From positions 14,406,534-14,470,533 of the forward strand of contig CM120644.1 in the NCBI GenBank assembly GCA_051362555.1: a DNA stretch of 64,000 nt, written 5' to 3'. This DNA comes from Lingula anatina (lineage: Eukaryota > Animalia > Brachiopoda). The notes under the pieces are model-generated. The model ran no database searches. It was not told the origin of the DNA and saw only the letters and a list, made by a program, of their open reading frames with translations. Shown piece after piece: positions 1 to 10,000 of the stretch (the first letter of the stretch is position 1; every line of letters begins with the position of its first letter). The position numbers and the translations under genes are program-made.

Positions 1-176
1 AACAGAATCTGAGAGGGAGGGGGAGAGACAGAGTTTTTGCTCTATTTCTTCCTTAATGTTGACACCACCACTCTTCCAGCACTTTATTCTTACTACAAAT
101 GACCGAACACACCTACCTGATACTATAATGAAGAAAAAAAATTTCATCCCTACCTGGCCAAAATTGAAGAAATCTC

Positions 177-192
177 ACAGTGCCGGCACTGT
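177..192. repeat. Perfect 16-bp palindrome in the satellite monomer (first instance; present in most monomers)
   Basis: ACAGTGCC|GGCACTGT. Confidence 0.95.
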
Positions 193-213
193 TCAAAATC
201 ACTCAAAATCACC

Positions 214-238
214 AAAAATCGACCCGTCTCCGATTTTT
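214..238. repeat. 8-bp inverted repeat with 9-nt spacer in the monomer (first instance)
   Basis: AAAAATCG-ACCCGTCTC-CGATTTTT. Confidence 0.85.
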
Positions 239-3200
239 CCAAAAAGTGACGAAAATCAATCTACCACACCTGTCATTCATAAAAAATGTGGAAACGCGCC
301 CGGGTCACTTCATCAAGGCCCCCAATTCTAGCTTTAAAAATGATCCAAAAATAAGCTCTGGGAACAGAATCTGAGAGGGGGGGGGGAGAGACAGAGTTTT
401 TGCTCTATTTCTTCCTTAATGTTGACACCACCACTCTTCCAGCACTTTATTCTTACTACAAATGACCGAACACACCTACCTGACACTATAATGAAGAAAA
501 AAAAATTTCATACCTACCTGGCCAAAATTGAAGAAATCTCACAGTGCCGACACTGTTCACCAAAAATCGACCTGTCTCCGATTTTTCCAAAAAGTGACGA
601 AAATCAATCTACCACACCTGTCATTCATCAAAAATGTGGAAACGCGCCCGGGTCACTTCATCAAGGCCCCCAATTCTAGCTTTAAAGATGATCCAAAAAT
701 AAGCTCTGAGAACAGAATCTGAGAGGGGGGGGGGAGAGAGATTTTGCTCTATTTCTTCCTTAATGTTGACACCACCACTCTTCCAGCACTTTATTCTTAC
801 TACAAATGACCGAACACACCTACCTGACACTATAATGAAGAAAAAAAATTTTCATCCCTACCTGACCAAAACTGAAGAAATCTCACAGTGCCGGCACTGT
901 TCAAAATCACTCAAAATCACCAAAAAATCGACCCGTCTCCGATTTTTCCAAAAAGTGACGAAAATATATCTACCACACCTGTCATTCATAAAAAATGTGG
1001 AAACGCGCCCGGGTCACTTCATCAAGGCCCCCAATTCTAGCTTTAAAGATGATCCAAAAATAAGCCCTGAGAACAGAATCTGAGAGGGGGGGGGGGGAGA
1101 GAGAGTTTTTGCTCTATTTCTTCCTTAATGATGACACCACCACTCTTCCAGCACTTTATTCTTACTACAAATGACCGAACACACCTACCTGACACTATAA
1201 TGAAGAAAAAAATTTTCATCCTGGCCAAAACTGAAGAAATCTCACAGTGCCGGCACTGTTCAAAATCACTCAAAATCACCAAAAATCGACCCGTCTCCGA
1301 TTTTTCCAAAAAGTGACGAAAATCAATCCACCACACCTGTCATTTATCAAAAATGTGGAAACGCGCACGGGTCACTTCATCAAGGACCCCAATTCTAGCT
1401 TTAAAGATGATCCAAAAATAAGCTCTGAGAACAGAATCTGAGAGGGGGGGGGAGAGAGAGAGTTTTTGCTCTATTTCTTCCTTAATGTTGACACCACCAC
1501 TCTTCCAGCACTTTATTCTTACTACAAATGACCGAACACACCTACCTGACTCTATAATGAAGAAAAAAATTTTCATCCCTACCTGGCCAAAATTGAAGAA
1601 ATCTCACAGTGCCGGCACTGTTCAAAATCACTCAAAACCACCAAAAATCGACCCGTCTCCAATTTTTCCAAAAAGTGACGAAAATCAATCTACCACACCT
1701 GTCATTCATCAAAAATGTGGAAACGCGCCCGGGTCACTTCATCAAGGCCCCCAATTCTAGCTTTAAAGATGATCCAAAAATAAGCTCTGAGAACAGAATC
1801 TGAGAGGGGGGGGGGAGAGACAGAGTTTTTGCTCTATTTCTTCCTTAATGTTGACACCACCACTCTTCCAGCACTTTATTCTTACTACAAATGACCGAAC
1901 ACACCTACCTGATACTATAATGAAGAAAAAAAATTTCATCCCTACCTGGCCAAAATTGAAGAAATCTCACAGTGCCGGCACTGTTCAAAATCACTCAAAA
2001 TCACCAAAAATCGACCCGTCTCCGATTTTTCCAAAAAGTGACGAAAATCAATCTACCACACCTGTCATTCATAAAAAATGTGGAAACGCGCCCGGGTCAC
2101 TTCATCAAGGCCCCCAATTCTAGCTTTAAAAATGATCCAAAAATAAGCTCTGGGAACAGAATCTGAGAGGGGGGGGGGAGAGAGAGAGTTTTTGCTCTAT
2201 TTCTTCCTTAATGTTGACACCACCACTCTTCCAGCACTTTATTCTTACTACAAATGACCGAACACACCTACCTGACACTATAATGAAGAAAAAAAATTTT
2301 CATCCTGGCCAAAATTGAAGAAATCTCACAGTGCCGGCACTGTTCAAAATCACTCAAAATCACCAAAAATCGACCCGTCTCCGATTTTTCCAATAAGTGA
2401 CGAAAATCAATCTACCACACCTGTCATTCATAAAAAATGTGGAAACGCGCCCGGGTCACTTCATCAAGGCCCCCAATTCTAGCTTTAAAGATGATCCAAA
2501 AATAAGCTCTGAGAACAGAATCTGAGAGGGGGGGGGAGAGAGAGTTTTTGCTCTATTTCTTCCTTAATGTTGACACCACCACTCTTCTAGCACTTTATTC
2601 TTACTACAAATGACCGAACACACCTACCTGACACTATAATGAAGAAAAAAAATTTTCATCCTGGCCAAAATTGAAGAAATCTCACAGTGCCGGCACTGTT
2701 CAAAATCACTCAAAATCACCAAAAATCGACCCGTCTCCGATTTTTCCAAAAAGTGACGAAAATCAATCTACCACACCTGTCATTCATCAAAAATGTGGAA
2801 ACGCGCCCGGGTCACTTCATCAAGGCCCCCAATTCTAGCTTTAAAGATGATCCAAAAATAAGGTCTGAGAACAGAATCTGAGAGGGGGGGGGGAGAGAGA
2901 GTTTTTGCTCTATTTCTTCCTTAATGTTGACACCACCACTCTTCCAGCACTTTATTCTTACTACAAATGACCGAACACACCTACCTGACTCTATAATGAA
3001 GAAAAAAATTTTCATCCCTACCTGGCCAAAATTGAAGAAATCTCACAGTGCCGGCACTGTTCAAAATCACTCAAAACCACCAAAAATCGACCCGTCTCCG
3101 ATTTTTCCAAAAAGTGACGAAAATCAATCTACCACACCTGTCATTCATCAAAAATGTGGAAACGCGCCCGGGTCACTTCATCAAGGCCCCCAATTCTAGC

Positions 3201-4454
3201 TTTAAAGATGATCCAAAAATAAGGTCTGAGAACAGAATCTGAGAGGGGGGGGGGAGAGAGAGTTTTTGCTCTATTTCTTCCTTAATGTTGACACCACCAC
3301 TCTTCCAGCACTTTATTCTTACTACAAATGACCGAACACACCTACCTGACTCTATAATGAAGAAAAAAATTTTCATCCCTACCTGGCCAAAATTGAAGAA
3401 ATCTCACAGTGCCGGCACTGTTCAAAATCACTCAAAACCACCAAAAATCGACCCGTCTCCGATTTTTCCAAAAAGTGACGAAAATCAATCTACCACACCT
3501 GTCATTCATAAAAAATGTGGAAACGCGCCCGGGTCACTTCATCAAGGCCCCCAATTCTAGCTTTAAAGATGATCCAAAAATAAGCCCTGAGAACAGAATC
3601 TGAGAGGGGGGGGGGGAGAGAGAGAGAGTTTTTGCTCTAATTCTTCCTTAATGTTGACACCACCACTCTTCCAGCACTTTATTCTTACTACAAATGACCA
3701 AACACACCTACCTGACACTATAATGAAGAAAAAAATTTTCATCCTGACCAAAATTGAAGAAATCTCACAGTGCCGGCACTGTTCAAAATCACTCAAAATC
3801 ACCAAAAATCGACCCGTCTCCGATTTTTCCAAAAAGTGACGAAAATCAATCTACCACACCTGTCATTCATAAAAAATGTGGAAACGCGCCCGGGTCACTT
3901 CATCAAGGCCCCCAATTCTAGCTTTAAAGATGATCCAAAAATAAGCTCTGAGAACAGAATCTGAGAGGGGGGGGGGAGAGACAGAGTTTTTGCTCTATTT
4001 CTTCCTTAATGTTGACACCACCACTCTTCCAGCACTTTATTCTTACTACAAATGACCGAACACACCTACCTGACACTATAAAGAAGAAAAAAAATTTCAT
4101 CCCTACCTGGCCAAAACTGAAGAAATCTCACAGTGCCGGCACTGTTCAAAATCACTCAAAATCACCAAAAATCGACCCGTCTCCGATTTTTCCAAAAAGT
4201 GACGAAAATCAATCTACCACACCTGTCATTCATCAAAAATGTGGAAACGCGCCCGGGTCACTTCATCAAGGCCCCCAATTCTAGCTTTAAAGATGATCCA
4301 AAAATAAGCTCTCATAACAGAATCTGAGAGGGGGGGGGAGAGAGAGTTTTTGCTCTATTTCTTCCTTAATGTTGACACCACCACTCTACCAGCACTTTAT
4401 TCTTACTACAAATGACCGAACACACCTACCTGACACTATAATGAAGAAAAACAA

Positions 4455-4469
4455 GGCAGCAAAGCTGTC
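4455..4469. other. Short terminal stem-loop (putative 3' palindrome of the element)
   Basis: GGCAGC-AAA-GCTGTC forms a 6-bp stem with one imperfect pair. It lies 3 bp from the junction, just outside the subterminal IR. The minus strand ends ...GCTGCCTTG|TTTTT. Confidence 0.65.
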
Positions 4470-4471
4470 AA

Positions 4472-4482
4472 ATGTACAGACA
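4472..4482. repeat. Subterminal inverted repeat, left copy (ATGTACAGACA)
   Basis: Exact reverse complement of TGTCTGTACAT at 7038-7048 and a direct copy of 7021-7031. Confidence 0.9.
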
Positions 4483-4519
4483 AAAAGCAGGAAATAACTA
4501 TGCACAAAATAGGCTACTG

Positions 4520-5315
4520 TCAATTCTGATGCAAAAGTACATTATGTTAAACTGCAAATTCAACATCAAATTTTAATTATGCTCAACAGGTAATACCAAT
4601 GAAAGTAAAATGTGTAACAAGCATAAGGCTTCAGGCCCATGGCAGCTCAAGTTCACACTTTGAAAATGTATAACTTCCAGAAAAAGAAGCCAATTAGACT
4701 GCTTTTCCAACTCAGGCTGCATTTTAGTCCTGTATTTCTTTTCTGAACGTTTGGCAATCATCAGTAACATGGTTTTCCCATAATTGTCATCATGGCAGCA
4801 GCACCCAAAATTGTGTTTTCTTCTATTCTGATGCAATATTACATAGTGGTTAACAGCATAATGACCGTCAATTTTTAATAATAAAATATGCGTATCATGG
4901 ATTTTCAGAAAATGTGACTAGCATGTGTCTTCAAGCCCATGGAACTTCAAAGTCACACCTTGAAAATGCCAATATGTGAAAAATTAAATTTTCACAAAAA
5001 AAAACTGTTTAACTAGCAGAAAGAATTACCAAACAGACTGCATTGCCTACTGAAGCTGTATTTTAGTCCCATGTTTCTTTCCTGTAAGTTTGAGAACAGT
5101 AAGTGACATGATTTTTCTTAAATGGTCATCATGGGAGCAGTGCCCAAAATATTTTTTTCCAAATTTTGATGCAATATTACATAATGTTTAACAGCATAAT
5201 GACCATCAATTTTTAATAATAAAATATTAGTATTATGGATATTCAGAAAATGTGACTAGCAAAGGTCTTCAGGCCCATGGAACTTCAAAGTCACAACTTG
5301 AAAATACCAAAATGT
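4520..5315. repeat. Internal array A: diverged ~302-338-bp tandem repeat, ~2.5 copies
   Basis: ATTCTGATGCAA..TACAT blocks occur at ~4523, ~4825 and ~5163. CTTCA(G/A)GCCCATGG..CTTCAAAGTCACA..TTGAAAAT-like blocks occur at ~4628, ~4929 and ~5267. Confidence 0.88.
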
Positions 5316-6494
5316 AAACAAGACAGCACTGTTCTGAAATGTTTTTTTTTTTCCATTTTTAACACTTTTTTAACATAAAACAAAATTAACAGTTTACTGC
5401 CATTTTTATATGATCAACTAAGACAATTGATGAGATGTGAAAAATATCAATAAAACGGTGTCAAATGTCCAATTTCCTCCATTCTGAGTTTCTGAACATA
5501 GTGAATGATTGAATCTTATCAACTGCAGTGATATGAGTTTATTTCCATTTTTGAAACTTTATTACACAATACACGATAACAAGTTTACCATCATTTTTAC
5601 AAAATCAACTAACAATGTTGTAAAGATGCAGGGAATGTCAAACAAACACTTTTACTTATCTTATTAATTAAATAATGAAACTGTTAACATGCCTAAAAAT
5701 TGAATCTGAGGAAATGTGAAACAAGACAGCACTATTCTGAAATGGGTTTATTTCCATTTTTAACACTTTTTTAACATAAAACAAAATTAACAGTTTACTG
5801 CCATTTTTATATGATCAACTAAGAAAATTGATGAGATGTGAAAAATATCAATAGAACAGTGTCAAATGTCCAATTTCCTCCATTCTGAGTTTCTGAACAT
5901 AGTGAATGATTGAATCTTACAAACTGCAATGATATGAGTTTATTTCCATTTTTGACACCTTATTACACAATACACGATTACAAGTTTACCATCATTTTTA
6001 TGTAATCAACTAACAATGTTGTAAAGATGCAGGAAATGTCAAACAAACACTTTTACGTATCTTATTAATTAAATAATGAGACTGTTAACATGCCTAAAAA
6101 TTGAATATGAGGAAATGTGAAACAAGACAGCACTATTCTGAAATGGGTTTATTTCCATTTTTAACACTTTTTTAACATAAAACAAAATTAACAGTTTACT
6201 GCCATTTTTATATGATCAACTAAGAAAATTGATGAGATGTGAAAAATATCAATAGAACAGTGTCAAATGTCCAATTTCCTCCATTCTGAGTTTCTGAACA
6301 TAGTGAATGATTGAATCTTACAAACTGCAATGATATGAGTTTATTTCCATTTTTGACACCTTATTACACAATACACGATTACAAGTTTACCATCATTTTT
6401 ACGTAATCAACTAACAATGTTGTAAAGATGCAGGAAATGTCAAACAAATGAGACTGTTAACATGCCTAAGAATTGAATCTGAGGAAATGTGAAA
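5316..6494. repeat. Internal array B: ~402-bp tandem repeat, 3 copies, each a dimer of ~192 and ~208-bp subunits
   Basis: AAACAAGACAGCACT starts at 5316, 5719 and 6120. Copies 2 and 3 are nearly identical except for a ~29-bp deletion near 6448. The block TTCCATTTTT...AGTTTAC...CATTTTTA...ATCAACTAA...AGATG occurs twice per unit. Confidence 0.95.
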
Positions 6495-6943
6495 AAACAG
6501 CATAACTTATAAAATAATGGTCCGATTATGCTGATTTTCAAACTTGACCTGCGTTTTAGTAAGATTGATTACTCCTGTGAGTTTCATGACAACAGGCCTA
6601 TGGGTTTTCCTTGAAATGTGTTAACAGTGTTGCATATATGCTGAAAAGTGAAAAAACAGCATAACTACTAAAATAGTGGCCCGATCATGCCGATTTTCGA
6701 ACTTGATCTGCGTTTTAGTAAGATTGATTACTCCTGTGAGTTTCATGACAACAGGCCTATCAGTTTTCCTTGAAATGTGTTAACAGTGTTGCATATATGC
6801 TGAAAAGTGAACAAACAGCATAAATTCTACAATAATGGCCCGATCATGCTGATTTTCGAACTTGACCTGTGTTTTATGAATATTCATCAGCTCTGTAAAT
6901 ATAAAGCCAAAAAGTAAAACTGTCTTCCAATTATGGTGTTAAC
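6489..6943. repeat. Internal array C: 159-bp tandem repeat, ~2.9 copies (third degenerate)
   Basis: GTGAA(A/C)AAACAGCATAA starts at 6489, 6648 and 6807. GTGTTAAC starts at 6618, 6777 and 6936, an exact 159-bp spacing. Confidence 0.95.
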
Positions 6944-6954
6944 GCAGAAAGTGC

Positions 6955-7006
6955 ACGGCGACGGCGACGGCGACATGATCAGCGACGGCGACGGTGACGA
7001 CAGACG
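6955..7006. repeat. Interrupted (ACGGCG)n / (CGTCGC)n microsatellite
   Basis: ACGGCGACGGCGACGGCGAC ATGATC AGCGACGGCGACGGTGACGACAGACG is the only GC-rich patch in the AT-rich insertion and sits next to the terminal hairpin. Confidence 0.9.
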
Positions 7007-7019
7007 CAGGTGATGGCAA

Positions 7020-7049
7020 TATGTACAGACACATCTGTGTCTGTACATA
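7020..7049. repeat. Terminal hairpin: perfect 14-bp inverted repeat with 2-nt spacer, containing the right subterminal IR
   Basis: TATGTACAGACACA-TC-TGTGTCTGTACATA directly abuts the resumed satellite A-run. Confidence 0.95.
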
Positions 7050-10000
7050 AAAATTTTCATCCCTACCTGGCCAAAATTGAAGAAATCTCACAGTGCCGGC
7101 ACTGTTCAAAATCACTCAAAATCACCAAAAATCGACCCGTCTCCGATTTTTCCAAAAAGTGATGAAAATCAATCTACCACACCTGTCATTCATGAAAAAT
7201 GTGGAAACGCGCCCAGGTCACTTCATCAAGGCCCCCAATTCTAGCTTTAAAGATGATCCAAAAATAAGTTCTGAGAACAGAATCTGAGAGGGGGGGAGGA
7301 GAGATAGTTTTTGCTCTATTTCTTCCTTAATGTTGACACCACCACTCTTCCAGCACTTTATTCTTACTTCAAATGACCGAACACACCTACCTGACACTAT
7401 AATGAAGAAAAAAAATTTTCATCCCTACCTGGCCAAAATTGAAGAAATCTCACAGTGCCGGCACTGTTCAAAATCACTCAAAATCTCCAAAAATCGACCC
7501 GTCTCCGATTTTTCCAAAAAGTGACGAAAATCAATCTACCACACCTGTCATTCATAAAAAATGTGGAAACGCGCCCGGGTCACTTCATCAAGGCCCCCAA
7601 TTCTAGCTTTAAAGATGATCCAAAAATAAGCTCTGAGAACAGAATCTGAGAGGGGGGGGAGGAGAGATAGTTTTTGCTCTATTTCTTCCTTAATGTTGAC
7701 ACCACCACTCTTCCAGCACTTTATTCTTACTACAAATGACCGAACACACCTACCTGACACTATAATGAAAAAAAAAATTTTTCATCCCTACCTGGCCAAA
7801 ATTGAAGAAATCTCACAGTGCCGGCACTGTTCAAAATCACTCAAAATCACCAAAAATCGACCCGTCTCCGATTTTTCCAAAAAGTGACGAAAATCAATCT
7901 ACCACACCTGTCATTCATAAAAAATGTGGAAATGCGCCCGGGTCACTTCATCAAGGCCCCCAATTCTAGCTTTAAAGATGATCCAAAAATAAGCTCTGAG
8001 AACAGAATCTGAGAGGGAGGGGGGGGGGGGGAGACAGAGTTTTTGCTCTATTTCTTCCTTAATGTTGACACCACCACTCTTCCAGCACTTTATTCTTACT
8101 ACAAATGACCGAACACACCTACCTGACACTATAATGAAGAAAAAAAATTTTCATCCCTACCTGGCCAAAATTGAAGAAATCTCACAGTGCCGGCACTGTT
8201 CAAAATCACTCAAAATCACCAAAAATCGACCCGTCTCCGATTTTTCCAAAAAGTGACGAAAATCAATCTACCACACCTGTCATTCATAAAAAATGTGGAA
8301 ATTCACCCGGGTCACTTCATCAAGGCCCCCAATTCTAGCTTTAAAGATGATCCAAAAATAAGCTCTGAGAACAGAATCTGAGAGGGGGGGGAGGAGAGAT
8401 AGTTTTTGCTCTATTTCTTCATTAATGTTGACACCACCACTCTTCCAGCACTTTATTCTTACTACAAATGACCGAACACACCTACCTGACACTATAATGA
8501 AGAAAAAAATTTTTCATCCCTACCTGGCCAAAATTGAAGAAATCTCGCAGTGCCGGCACTGTTCAAAGTCACTCAAAATCACCAAAAATCGACCCGTCTC
8601 CGATTTTTCCAAAAAGTGACGAAAATCAATCTACCACACCTGTCATTCATAAAAAATGTGGAAATGCGCCCGGGTCACTTCATCAAGGCCCCCAATTCTA
8701 GCTTTAAAGATGATCCAAAAATAAGCTCTGAGAACAGAATCTGAGAGGGAGGGGGGGGAGACAGAGTTTTTGCTCTATTTCTTCCTTAATGTTGACACCA
8801 CCACTCTTCCAGCACTTTATTCTTACTACAAATGACCGAACACACCTACCTGACACTATAATGAAGAAAAAATTTTTTCATCCCTACCTGGCCAAAATTG
8901 AAGAAATCTCACAGTGCCGGCACTGTTCAAAATCACTCAAAATCACCAAAAATCGACCCGTCTCCGATTTTTCCAAAAAGTGACGAAAATCAATCTACCA
9001 CACCTGTCATTCATAAAAAATGTGGAAACGCGCCCGGGTCACTTCATCAAGGCCCCCAATTCTAGCTTTAAAGCTGATCCAAAAATAAGCACTGAGAACA
9101 GAATCTGAGAGGGGGGGAGGAGAGATAGTTTTTGCTCTATTTCTTCCTTAATGTTGACACCACCACTCTTCCAGCACTTTATTCTTACTACAAATGACCG
9201 AACACACCTACCTGACACTATAATGAAGAAAAAAATTTTTCATCCCTACCTGGCCAAAATTGAAGAAATCTCACAGTGCCGGCACTGTTCAAAATCACTC
9301 AAAATCACCAAAAATCGACCCGTCTCCGATTTTTCCAAAAAGTGACCAAAATCAATCTACCACACCTGTCATTCATAAAAAATGTGGAAATGCGCCCAGG
9401 TCACTTCATCAAGGCCCCCAATTCTAGCTTTAAAGATGATCCAAAAATAAGCTCTGAGAACAGAATCTGAGAGGGAGGGGGGGGGGAGACAGAGTTTTTG
9501 CTCTATTTCTTCCTTAATGTTGACACCACCACTCTTCCAGCACTTTATTCTTACTACAAATGACCGAACACACCTACCTGACACTATAATGAAGAAAAAA
9601 AATTTTCATCCCTACCTGGCCAAAATTGAAGAAATCTCACAGTGCCGGCACTGTTCAAAATCACTCAAAATCACCAAAAATCGACCCGTCTCCGATTTTT
9701 CCAAAAAGTGACGGAAATCAATCTACCACACCTGTCATTCATAAAAAATGTGTAAACGCGCCCGGGTCACTTCATCAAGGCCCCCAATTCTAGCTTTAAA
9801 GATGATCCAAAAATAAGCTCTGAGAACAGAATCTGAGAGGGGGGGGGAGAGAGAGTTTTTGCTCTATTTCTTCCTTAATGTTGACGCCACCACTCTTCCA
9901 GCACTTTATTCTTACTACAAATGACTGAACACACCTACCTGACACTATAATGAAGAAAAAAAATTTTCATCCCTACCTGGCCAAAATTGAAGAAATCTCA

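Larger units (their letters stand above)
1..4451. repeat. ~362-bp tandem satellite array, left segment (~12 monomers; runs off the window's left edge)
   Basis: The same monomer (AACAGAATCTGAGA-Gn-AGAGAG...TAAGCTCTGAG) recurs head-to-tail. Equivalent positions fall at 56, 419, 763, 1128, 1485, 1848, 2924, 3285, 3651 and 4009. The last monomer stops in the A-run after ATGAAG at 4451. Confidence 0.99.
4452..7049 (-). mobile_element. Non-autonomous Helentron/Helitron2-type element (HINE/DINE-1-like), ~2.6 kb, non-coding
   Basis: The insertion cleanly splits one satellite monomer inside an A-run (T-run on the minus strand) with no long TSD. It has 11-bp subterminal inverted repeats at 4472-4482 and 7038-7048, a 14-bp hairpin at 7020-7049, a short stem-loop at 4455-4469, a microsatellite at 6955-7006 and central tandem repeats. 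The family assignment rests on architecture only, not on a homology search. Confidence 0.8.

Noticed and set aside
214-305. CENP-B box in the monomer
   Set aside because: CGGG-containing segments (minus strand ATCGGAGACGGG; plus strand GGAAACGCGCCCGGG) do not fit the TTCG-N4-A-N2-CGGG spacing.
1-362. Monomer as a 5S rRNA, tRNA or snRNA tandem gene unit
   Set aside because: I see no recognisable 5S, tRNA cloverleaf, Pol III A/B box or snRNA sequence on either strand. An Infernal/Rfam scan would settle it.
56-2210. Full 5-mer HOR at the left edge
   Set aside because: Monomers at 56 and 1848 share private variants, but the following monomers (419 vs 2211) carry different deletions. Within the window only a single-monomer match is demonstrable.
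4573-4836. 87-aa minus-strand ORF in the insertion as a transposase or Rep fragment
   Set aside because: It is short, lies within tandem array A, has no counterpart in the ORF track for the sister repeat copy, and shows no HUH, helicase or DDE motif.
6489-6943. Homology between the element's 159-bp repeat and the host 362-bp satellite
   Set aside because: Only short AT-rich words match (e.g. AGATTGATT, TTTTATGAAT on the opposite strand, CCGATTTT), and they are not colinear enough to support common origin by eye.
4452-7049. Insertion as a classical MITE/TIR transposon, LTR element or retroposed SINE/LINE
   Set aside because: The inverted repeats are asymmetric (20 bp inside one end, at the very end of the other). 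There is no clear TSD, no LTR pair and no poly-A tail beyond the host A-run.
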